A stretch of 46,440 bases of DNA from Chromera velia (Eukaryota), in the NCBI GenBank assembly GCA_018398765.1, contig JAHBMJ010000501.1, positions 1 to 46,440 on the forward strand. The letters are read 5' to 3'. Shown here piece by piece: positions 33,258-45,000 of this stretch (position 1 is its first letter; the number at the start of each line of letters is the position of its first letter). The position numbers were made by a program, and so were the translations under genes. The notes beneath the pieces are model-generated. The model was given only the letters and a program-made list of their open reading frames with translations. It did no database searches and was not told the DNA's origin.

Positions 33258-36200
33258 CTGCACGGCAACGAAAAAATGCAGCAAGGAAATCAGAAGAAGT
33301 GACTTATGTGCGGAAACGAAAAAAGATGAGTGGAAGCTTTTGAGCTTCAGAAAGCACACGTCTGCATAGAGACTGTCGTGTCTTGTCTTCTCCTCTATGC
33401 AGTTAGCAGAGCGAGTCTGTGTAACTTTGAACCGTAGAATAAAAACTGGTGGAAGCAACAGGAGAAAGAATATGATGAAAACGTTACTGAAGTCCAACAG
33501 TCCTCGGAGGCTGGACGCAGAGTCTGACAGGTAACGTTGATTCTAGTGGTAGATGAATAACCTACCTTCCGAAGACGTTTCCTTCGGAGGGAACCCACTC
33601 ACACACACACACAGGTACACGATCTATTCAAGTTCATACAGGTAAAGAGACTGTCAATGCTAAATCGATCCATCGAACTGCTAGAAGTCTCAATCAAGCT
33701 AGCTGAATCCATGAATTTCTGGCGGTTTGGATTGTTCCGATTGCTGCAGACCGCGTTTTTTTTCTCAAACCCGATTCGATACCGCGGTGGCCCGAGGTCC
33801 CGAAACGCCATTGTCTGCATAGAGGGTGACCGGCGCCGCCCAGGGTCCAAAACTCCAGGCAGGCCGCCCGCCGCGCCGGCCGCGACATTCTCAGTCCCCT
33901 CCATTCACTTTTGGTGGGTCCAAACGTGCGAGGAACTCATGGCTTCCAGCTCGTTGCTTTGAGGCTCGCCACAGTTGGAGGCCCCGGCCGCAATCCTGCT
34001 TGTGGGGCTTGAAAATGAATCCTGCAAGGCATAGTTGTGCATCTGATGTGTGCAGTGCGCGCGAATTTCTTTTTCATGCATGCATGTTTATGGCTTTCTT
34101 CAACCTGGTAGACGGATCTTATTGTTTTCAAACTTCCTGCCCTTTTCGTATGTGATTCAAGTAAATGTCCTCTCCCTTTTAAATGTGTGAGACGGTGCTT
34201 TTTCTATGTGTGGAAGGCTGAGTGGAAGATGAAAGGGAGGAAAGGGACATAGGTAGGAGAAGAGCATATTGAGGTGAGCTTTATCAGCTACACCGCCTTT
34301 CTTCTTGCTTTCCGTCTCAAACGCTCTTTCCACTACATTTCTTGGCTTCTCGTCTCGCTTCTGAGGGAGGACAGGGCTGAGGAGAAAGGAGAAAGGTTGG
34401 TGATGAGGAAGGGGAGAAGGGGGGGGGGGGGCAATGAGATGGACAAGGAGACGGCGCCAGTTCCGAATCGCATGTCATCACCATCTTCCTACTTCCATCA
34501 TCTACCAACAACCAGGTCCGTTCGCATGTCTTTCTGGCTTTGTGTATGTCATAGAGGATCCTTCAAATGATGACTTAGTGGCAAGACAAACCGGTTGGTT
34601 GAGTTGATTGTGATGTGGGTGGGTGTGGTGATGATTCATTCACAAACACCATCATTCCGCATCATGCATGCATTCACGCTGTCCTCAAGATTCACATGAT
34701 GTTATGGTACCGGGGACGAAGGGATTGAAAGAAAGGGGGGAGCGTCAGAAAACGAGAAGTTAGGAACTCTTTCTTTTGGTAATCTTCCAGCGAGAGAGAG
34801 AAAGCCAGGCTTGACAGTTGTAAGAAAAGAAGGGCGGTATGGGGGAAGGGAGGTCAAGTCGGCAATTTCTCTCAAGTTTGGGGAGACCACACAAAGAAAA
34901 ACGAATTGGTAGATCGATAAGGGCAAGGTACCTAGATCAACCAACAGAAAACAAAGAAAAAAAGAAAGACCGAAGCCACTTTTTCATGAAGTGGCCAAGT
35001 AATTCTATGCATCAAACTCCGTTGAGACCGGGGATGAGAAAAAGGGGAGAGGAACATTAAGATCACGCATGCTTACATGAATTCTCTTGTCTCATTTCGC
35101 ACGTTCATATGTCTTTTGACTGCAGGTAACGAGGAAAGACTGCAGATCTTCGAGCTGCAGCTGTTGGTACGTCTTGTCAGTCCTCTTTATTCTTCCTGAC
35201 ACTTACGTGATCGGGAAGGAAGGAAGGGGAGACATATGGAGACATAAGAGGCATGGACTTGACCGGTTAGTGCAAACTCGACGTAGTCATCTTTTTCCTT
35301 TCCCTGCTTCTTTTAGACTGCTCTTTTCTTCTGAAGACAAAACTGAAGAAAAAAGGGAACCTCCAAAACAAACACAGAACAGGTTAAAATGCAAGAAGAA
35401 CTCCAGTGGTGAATCCGTTTCCTCCAGCTTTCTTTCTTTCGAATCCAGTCTCAACAAAAATGCTCATGTATGCTGCTGTTAGGGAGTCTCGCACAATTGG
35501 TGGGGGGACACCTGGTGCTTTGACGTGGACTCCTTTGAGGGCATTTTTCTTCTTGTAGGATTGTCAGCAGCAGTCGAGATTAGAGTCTAAGAAGAGAAGG
35601 CACAGAGAGAAACCAGATTCTTGTTCGGCCTGAGGGCCGACCACCAGAATCATTCATGCATTCGTCCTGCTTGTGTTCGCAGAAGAGGAGAAGAGGGAGA
35701 GAAGACACGCATTGGCTGGGTGCAAGGGTCTGCTAAGAGATGGGTAGGTTCGACTGACAGTCTCGCACTTTCTTTTCTTCATCATGGTCTTGCAGGAATT
35801 AAATGTCTTTTTCTTTTTCACTTGCATGTATGCATTTATGTACACAAATGCATTCATTGGGGAGAGAGAAGAGGGTGCACAGTGGGACAGAAGGATAAAT
35901 GATCAATTGCTTATTCAGTGAGACGTAAGAAGAGAAGTGTCAGAAAAAGGAAAAAGCTGAAGAGAAAAAACGTGGCTTGATTCTCACGGTTAGCTGTTTC
36001 AAGAGGGGAGAAAGACAAATCATGACAGAAAAGGAGGGGGAGGGGTCCCGGCCGGGTGAGAAAGAAGAAACAATCGAAACACAGAAAAGAAGAGAAGAGA
36101 AGAGAAGAGAAGAGAAACAAACAGAGAAGAGAAGAGAGGTCAGAGTCAGTCTGCCAGGCAAAGGGTGAGGCGTCCCCCTCCCTTCATGCCATTGACTCAC

Positions 36201-37299
36201 TTGGTCTTTCTTGTGGCAGCTGTCTGTATTCCTTCTTTTGTCTTCCGGAGGAAGGGCATAGCGCTTTGTCGCGCCGCCCCCTCCTTCACTTTATGGTTCT
36301 TTATAGTCAAGCTCCATGCATGTATGGAGTGACCGAAAAAATCCGATTCGCATGCAGGTTTGTTCGTCTGAAGGAAAAAACTGTGAGAAGGGGCCCCTCC
36401 TTCACTTTGTCAATGTTTTTGCGGGGGATCACCCCTCCTTCACTTTATTTATTCTTTTTCAATCTCTTTTTTGAGCGCCCCTCCTTCACTTTATGGCTTG
36501 TGTGGAATTCAAGTGGAGGTTGAATTGGGGTTGTGTAGTTGCAGTGAGAAAAGGAAAGAATGAAAGAACAGAAGCGATCATATATATTCAAAGAAAGAAG
36601 AAAGAGGGGGAGACCTTCAAGAGAGGCATTCAATTTCATTGTGGTGTTGCCAGGCCTGGTCTTTGTTGATGTACACAATGAGAGAGAGGAATGCATGCAT
36701 AGGAAGAGAAGAGGGAGAGGAAGAAAAAATGAAGCAAATGCCATGCATTCATACATTCATACAGGTCCTGAAGGGTGCACTTCAGAGGATTTGAGGCCGC
36801 ACCAGGCGCCCAATCAGGATGACAGGAGCCGGTGTGGTTGGAGGCATTCTCTGGTTAACCGTGTGATCTGCTGCTCGATGGGCCTTGCTGAGGAAGCCGA
36901 TCGCAGCACAGAATGTACACCCTTTGCCAGTACGTCCCGCTCGCTCAAGGTAGAGTTCCTTTCTTCCCTTGCGTTCTGCCTCCACATCAGGGCATGTGTC
37001 GGATGAATGTCCTATTTGATGGCAAGCTGAGCAAGCCATGGCAAGGGAGAACGTGCGGAAGTGAAAGGCTGAGAGAGGAGTCACAGATGCATCACGAAGA
37101 GCACGAGTCGGACAGATGAGGGGAAAGCGTGGGGAAAATTGTGAGAAAGTGGTTTGAGCTCGGTTCCCATTCTCGAAGAACACTGACACTTCTACTTGAA
37201 GGTCAGGTTGCAGAAGAATAGGCCTCCTTTGTGGGTCAGGAGGAGGACGTGTCGCACCCTTCCGCGCTTCCCTTCCCTTCTGTTCTAACAGTCGGTAGA

Positions 37300-40200
37300 G
37301 CTCATGCGTACTCTTTCCCTTTGTGAGAGGGTCCGCAAGGTTCCGGACAGTCGAGATATGCTCAAGGGCAATGAACTTCTCTTGAACATCCTGGTGCACT
37401 GCTTTCTGCAATATGCTGACTAGAGACGTCTCTACTGCTTCTCTCTCTCGCAGGTCGTCAATTTCAGCGGCAAGGGACTATTGAGTTGCCCTCGCACCAG
37501 AATGGACAGGTTGACCGACCAGGGACACGAGATCGTGACTGTCAGACCAAAGGGTTCTGTGTACTTTCGGCCAAAGCTTCTCAAAGAAAGGGAGGAGAGA
37601 GGAGAGAAGTTCGACCCCGTTCTCTGCAGCAATGAATTCCGTATCCGTTGTGGATTTTGCTACTTTCTTCGGTTTGATGGGCTTCCAGGCAAGGGGACAT
37701 CCACAGACGGTGAGTACCCACCCGATTTGAGGCTCGGGATGGGCTGGGGTGCCAAAAGATACATCAGTATGTAATTCAACATGCAGGGGCTCTGCTCTGG
37801 GAGAGCAGGGAACTGCCACTCCACGGAGGGAGTGTGCACGAGCCCAGGAGACAAGTCGCTGGAGCCATCCAAAAGCATTTACGGTCGGAACGGCATTCCA
37901 CTGTGCCATGTGACTTGTACCGTATGCCAAATCAGGACGCGTGAAAGAGGCCAGGTAAGAAAGCTCACCAAGACTCTGTTGGAAGGCTTTTGTCTCTTTT
38001 TTGTTCAGGGGAGGGGAAGTGTCTGCTTGCTTTCTTGCTGCGTTGGGGATGGGATTGACCAGGGGTCTAACACCTCTGTCATTCAAACTAGCTGCATAAG
38101 ACTCCTGTGAGCACCAGATCTCATCCTTTGTGACCTCATAGGACACTCCAACGTACCTCTGTAGTGGTTTGATCTGCTTACATTCGACCTCTTGCATAAT
38201 CTCCTGCAGATGGCTCTCTGCTGGGCCACTGAGGCTGGCAACACAGACATCGTCGACATAGAGGGACATCAATGCAAGCACTTCCCCATCAGTCGACAGT
38301 TTCCACCAAATTCCCCGGAGGGGTGATTTCACCCATCCATGTTTGAGAAGTTTTGATTCAAGAAATTTTTGAAAAAGGAGGAGGCTTTCAGAGAGTCCAT
38401 ACATGTATCGCTGCAACAGCCAGAGCTTTTTACCATAGTCAGGATGTTCTTTCGGGGGGAGTACATACACTGTGTCATTCATTGGTGCTTGCAGAAATGC
38501 ATTGTCTACGTCTACAGTACTGATGAAAGACGGGTCGAAACCTGCGCTACTGAGTGCTACAAGTAGCATCAGGTGAATATTCTCGGGCGGACATGGGTCA
38601 GTTGCCACCTCGAGACCTTTTCGCGGGTCCTGATCTCCCCGAATCACCCATCTCGACTTGAATTCCCTTTCACCCTCATCATTCAGTTTCAAGGTGTCTA
38701 CCCACAGTGTAGGCAAGACGACTGAACCCTTGGGAACCGACTGAACTGGAACTGCCTTAAATACAGGAAAACGTTCAAATTTGTCTAATTCCTTCTGCCT
38801 GGCTGCCTTAAAGTCTGTCACCTGATCTGGAGAGAGGCAACGCACTGAGAATTTCTGATGCGTTGCTCCTGCAGCAAAACAATGAGCCTGTTTCTCTCCT
38901 TCTGCAGCTGCTGAAGAGGACGGGGAGGAAGACAAAGAAGAAGAAAAAGAAGAAGACGAAGACGAGAAGGACAGATCAGGGAGAGAGGGACTGGGGACAT
39001 TAGAAGAGTAAAGAGGAATTCGGAACTGTGAAGGGTCAGTTAGACCATCAAGATAAAAGAAAGCACTTTCTATCAGCTGATTCGATTTATCTTCCTCGCT
39101 ATCTGATGGAACGTCAGTAGACGCCGTTTCTATCTCCCGAAGAGTAAGATCGGGAGACAGTTTGAGTGCTTTTCTCAACCAGTCCTCTGTCTTTTTGATC
39201 GCGTCTGCTGTCTTGCTCTGATTGAGTCCAAGACAAGAGATTGAGGCTGAGTCAAAATGCTTTGCGATTTTTGCACATGCATTAGGAAGCAAGCAACGAG
39301 AAGAAGAAAGAAAAAGTTCTGATTCTCTCAGACAAGAAGGCGACACCTTTCGGATGTGAGGAAAGCAAGTGAGTGAAGGAGTCAGGGTGGAACAGATGGT
39401 GTTGTTGGGACGATGAAACTGTGGGGCAAGGACTCTTTCACACAGTTGTCCTTGTGAATAGGACCCCCATACATGCACAAGAAGAAATCCATCTGTCAAT
39501 ACCCCAACCTTCCTTCCAACCATGCCTCTCTGCAGCTCCTCATCCTTCCAGAAGATCAATGGACACTTCTTCAACAGCTCTGGGTTTCTCTGGACTGTGA
39601 AACGCCACGTCTCTCCATCTGAAGGAGAAGGGGTCAGTAAACTCTGGCGTTCAGTGTCTTTTTCTGACTTGGGTTCTCTTTGGGAAGAGGGAGGTTGAGG
39701 GAGGACAGGCTCAGAAAACAAAAAAATAGGTTCTCCTTCAAGAATACGTGGAAAAGAATAAGAAGAAGAAGAGCAAGAATGGGCAGACTGAGATACAGAT
39801 TTCTTTCCCGCTCTGACTTCATCGGTCTGTCTTTCATCTGGAAGCGAACGAGAATCCTTTGAAGACTGTGCCTCTCTTTCATTGATTGGGACAGGGCCGG
39901 CCGAGGCCAACCCAACAGGAAACGAGTCTTTTTGACTTTTGAACTCCATGCTTTCTGCAAAAGGAATGGAAGAAGAAGAGAAAGAAGAGGAAGATTTCTT
40001 TTTTGACTGATCGCTTGCAGACCGAGCTGGTTCTTGTGGTTTGTCATCACTTGGTACCTCTATAAAAAGATCCCCTCTAGTCTCAGGGGGTCTCTCAGAC
40101 TGCGACTGGCGATCAGTTAGGGCAGGGCGGGAGAAAGAAGGGAGGGGGTGAAAAGGTGCACGAACAAAACAAGAAGAGTGGGCAAGATACTCCTTACTCT

Positions 40201-41150
40201 GCAGTCTCTCTTCAGACTCAGAGATGGGAGTCAAATAGACGAGGAAGCGGGAGTGAGGGACGAGAGAGGATACTTCAAAGAGCCGCCACTTGATGTCGAG
40301 CGAGCGGTAGGTCTTTCGAGGGTTCTTCCAATACACTCTTTCTCTGACAGTCAAGTTCAGGGGAGAGAGCGCTGTCGGACCTTTCTTATGAACTTCAGCA
40401 AGCATGCATTCAAGAGAGGGAGGGAGAAGACGTTGAGACGTAAGACGTTTGTACGGTGATCTTTTGTCAGAGTTGACAGAGGGAAGGAGGTTGAGTTGAG
40501 ACACACAGCGAGGAAGAACTTGATGGAAGTACCGTTTTTCTAGGCCTCTGTCTAAAAGAGCTGCTTCGACAAGACGTTTCAAATCGTTATGCCGATGTTC
40601 GAGCAGCCCGTTGGCCCGAGGTAGACCGGAGAGGGTCCCCAACTGTCTAACTCCCAAGTCCTCTAGCATGGAGGAGAAAACGGCTTTGAATTCACTCCCA
40701 TTGTCCGTTTTTACAAACCCACGAAAAGAGAGAGGACAGCCAAAAGGTCTCAACCATCCTTCCTCAAAAGCTTTCCATGCAGTGTCTGCCTTCATGTCTT
40801 TCAGTGGGATGGCCATGAGGAAACTTGTCGCTTCACACATGACCGTCAAGACAGGTTGACCATACAAAAAAATTGTGTCCACCGCTATCTGCTACAGGGG
40901 GGCACGAGTTCTCAGATGAGAGCCTCTCTGTCCACGAAGGCGCCTTGGGAGACCGTGGACTTGCAGGCAAGTGTTGCACTCTGCTCTTAGTTCTTCACAC
41001 ATTTTTCTCAGGCCTCTCACGGCTAGATACGGAGAGACGAGAGTGTAAAGAGCCTTTCCACTCATGTGCCCCACTTCCTGATGTACATACTGCAGGTACT
41101 CACGTGCATATTCTGCACTGACTTTCACCTTATTAGGACGCTTGCCGTCG
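37300..41150 (-). pseudogene. pol: pol (integrase, reverse transcriptase, RNase H), disrupted
   Basis: ORFs 40892-41287 and 37478-40882 share a frame, separated by TAG at 40892 (PL*QIAVDT). A second TAG at 37478 and a frameshift in the GAGAGA run near 37445 precede the ADPLTK motif. Confidence 0.88.
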
Positions 41151-42026
41151 GGCACGTCGGCAAAGATGCAGTCAGATGAATCGGAATTTTTGGAAAAACA
41201 AACTGAAGATGCACATGTGTACTCTGCAGATGAGATCTCGTCCCGATCATCTCTTCCTCCCGTACAGCAGCTGAGGAAGAACAACACGAAAAATGGTCAG
41301 TGGCCTTTCTTTTAAAAGAAAAAAGTTCGTGCATAGAAGAGGAGAGGGGAAGAAAAGAAGAAGACAAAGACGTTCGTTGGAGGTTCTCTGCTGTCAGTCT
41401 GTTCTCTTCTGAAGTAAAAGATCCAAAGAGACAGAAAGGGCCTCCTTTCTCAACTGAGTCAGAAAAAACTGCAGGTGAGAAATGATCTGAATAGATTTGC
41501 GTAAGTTGAGGAGGAAGAGGGTCACAAAGGAAAGAAACTTCGTCGAAGGGAGAGTCAGAATTACCAGCACCAGCGTAAAGAAAAAAAGGAGGAGGGGGAG
41601 TAGAGGTGGAGGGAGGAGTAAACATCTGAGACACAACAAAAGAAGTAAAGAACATTGTGGCATGAATAGAGTCCGATTGTTTCTTTCGGTTGCTCTTTCT
41701 TTGATTAAAGGAACGTCGCTTTGAGCGAGACTGCGAGTGACAACGCTGTCCGACCTCCCGATCGAACTTTTCCTTTCTCTTGCGGCCTCGCTCTTTCCTT
41801 CTTGACTTCTTGCTCTTAGAAGGAGAGCGCAGTCGTTTTTTCGGAGGCAAAATCTTTGACTGCTTTGGGACTTGCACATTAGGAAGAGGAGAAGAGAAGG
41901 GACGGGAGGGGGAAGAGTGTCGAGGGGGGAGGGGACAAGAGGGAAGATCATTCAATGCAGGAGGTGGAGGCATAGACAAGGAAGTGAGAGAAATAAAAAC
42001 ATTCTGTTGACTTGTTTCCGTTTCAT

Positions 42027-45000
42027 TTAAAGGTCGTAATCGACCAATTCTTCCTCGCTCTCTCGATGTTCGTCTATCGGCATCGACTCTGCAGGTTCGG
42101 GGGCAGTTGGTTGAGCTTCCTCCTGCTGCTCCACCAACTGCATTAGTTCTGCAGATTCGGGGGCAGGCGGGGGAGCTTCCTCCTGCTGCTCCACCAACTG
42201 CATCGGCTCTGCAGATTCGGGGGCAGGCGGGGGAGCTTCCTCCTGCTGCTTCTCCAATTGCATCTCCGTTGCGTCCTGCTCCGTCTCCCATTGCTGATAC
42301 GGGTTGATTTCGGGTTGGTCCTCGTCTGCATACTGCTCTTCCTCTTGCATGCCCAGAGCGCTTTCCTCCCGACGACTCTCCTCCAACAAATTTTTTAACG
42401 GGCTTCTGGGGAACACTGGGGGAGAGAAGCTGGCTGCTGTTCTCGTTCTCCTGAGGGGGGCGTCTGGTGAGGACGTCCTCCTTGCCCAAATGGGTCTCTC
42501 GTCGCGGTCCCCCGCGAGGGACAGGGGACTGAGGGTCCCATCGAGGAGACTGGGTTCCTTTTGAGTCGGGTCGGGGGAGAAGGCTGCCGGGCGGGCTCCA
42601 GCCCTGCCACCCGTCCCATCCATGGCACGTTCCCTCGGGCTTCTTTGACGGCGTGCAGAGGAGACGGGTGGGTGAAAAAAGGGGGTATCGGGGTGGAAAA
42701 GGTGGGTGTCAGGGGGGGCTTCATTGATCTGGAGAAACATGACCCGAGTGTGAATCAGATCGATATCGACGGGAAGAAGCCAGCGGCTCCATCCCGTCTC
42801 AATTCCTTGAAGGTTTTTTCTATGGAGGATCTCGATATGTCGGGTTCCATCTCTGTATGGCTCCAATTCTCTCCAATTGAAGGAGCAACGTCGGAGCCAA
42901 CTGAGACCAAAAATGAGGAAGTGGTTTCGGAAACCAAATTTGGCAAAGTGGACTAGGGTCTTCCCGGATGAGCGCAGAGTCTGTAGTCGAGTGTTATCCA
43001 TCCGAATTCGGATAAGACCGCGGCTCAGTGAAGGGAATTGAGTGCCCCCTCCTTGAATCATCTGTTTCTCATTCGAAAACTCCCCTCTCGCAAAGAAGGC
43101 GGGGTTTGGGTGGAGCTCCCCATCCCTGTTAAAGATCAGTTGGAGGTGGATACCTTCATCGACACTCATGATGTCAATGGAACTGGCAGTATCCGCTACC
43201 ACATGGATCCGGATCTGCTGGGCCCGACGTGCCGTCGGGTTGTAGAGCGCATGATATCAATCGCAAATTCTCTGAAGACAGGCGAAAAAGTGTCGCTTAT
43301 CATGGATTCTCAGCCTCTTTCTCGTGGTGTTTCTTTCTTGAGGGGGGAAGGATTGCAGACACTGATCCAGAAATTGGGAACGCGGCGTGCTTGGCGCAGC
43401 CGATAAACGGGAGGGCGCTTCCTCTGCGGGTAAGGGTACTGGTAGCGTTAGACGCGGAGGGCGGGGGCGGTGGAGGGAGAGACCCGTAGATGAAGAGGAG
43501 GAAGGAGGCACAGCCTGCCTGGGCTTTTGAGTAACTTCATGAAGAAGCCAGGCATAAAAGCTTTTCTCGCAGGGTTGAGGGAGGGGAAAGCCGTCGGACC
43601 CTTGATCAATCTGACCGCCCTTTCCCAGCCTGGACCGGTCTTGCTTTTCCGGAGGAAAAAAAACAGCGGACCCCCAAATCCTCATCAAGACCACCCAGTT
43701 TAGGAGCAGGGTGGATGCTTTCGCCCTAGGCTCACTGGGCGTGTGCCTGAGCCATATGGGGATGAGAAAAGCTGGAGGGTGTCCATTACTGTCTGTCAGC
43801 AGATCGAGCAGGAAGACAAGAGGGTGAATCAAAATGAATGTGTTCAGTCTGTCTGGCAAGATCGACTTCCAGATCAGATCAATCAGAGCCCGGGCAGACG
43901 GAACTTGACTGCCAGTCGATTGCCAGTGTGTCAACACCATCTGCCCTTCCGTGAGCCTCTCCCATTTTTTTTGATAGAGGGCCTCAAGAAAGAGGAAATT
44001 ATGGCCTATTTCCGATTCCTCTTTGAAGTTGGAAGGAACAGCGGGCTCTTCTGGGACCGACTGCAATCTGGTGTCGGCTACCCCTGGGCAAGGAGGGGCC
44101 GCGGCCCGAACATCGTCAGGGTGAACCCCAGTTGGAACATGCAGGTCGCTCAGAGACAGCCTGATCGAAGGACTGAGGTCTCTGATAAAGGACTTGGTCA
44201 ACCTCTGCCTTACTGCTATTTTATGCTTTTGATTCTTGGTCAAAGACAGAGATGGTTCTGCTTTTTAAACTCCGTGCCACCGCTGGGCTGGGAGTTCGAC
44301 CCTCAGCAAAGACGCTTTGTAGAGCTTTGACCCCAGATTGGGAGGGCGGTCCTCTTGCTGTGCCTCCGTTGGATTCTGTGCGACAGAAAAAACGTGGACA
44401 AAGATCTGTCAAAACACGGTGGCTAGAGAGAACGGAAGCTTGTCCCATTCATTTGGCTCAAGCTCGAAACGCTTCCTCACAAACCATCCAAGCAAGGGCC
44501 TGAGTTCCCCGTGAAGGGGCTCATCCCGAATCTCTCTGAACTTTGCCCCTCCTGGACACGAGCAGGAGGTGCATGTGGGGTCTAGTTCACAGATGCAGAG
44601 GAAAAACGTGCCATCCTTCCGACTGTACTGGAGTCCAGGCCGGTGTCTGCAGCAGGAGGTCAGTCCACTGCTGGTGAGGCAGTTGTACGAGTTGTGTCCG
44701 AGGCATGCTCGAGGGTCCAACTGTTGAACCTCACAAATGTTGCATGCATCGGCACTCGCATACATTCGGTTCAACAGGGGTTTGAAAGTGTTGTGTCGCA
44801 GAGCCAGGATAGAGTTGTGGGGCTTCCACATATGCTTTTCTTCAGAGATGAAAAGATCCTCCCACTTCTCCGGAATCTTAGCACCGGACTTTCGAGTGGC
44901 TTTCCACAACCTGAAAAATTCAGGTCTGTCCAGCTTTTTCAGGATGACGTGGGCTGTGAGACGGGGATCAATGCCTTTTCATCTCACTAGACCACTCGGA

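Noticed and set aside
33599..33904. ORF upstream of the 32665-33257 exon as its first exon
   Set aside because: A GTGAGT donor is present near 33600, but there is no similarity to the paralogue and no verified phase-consistent model.
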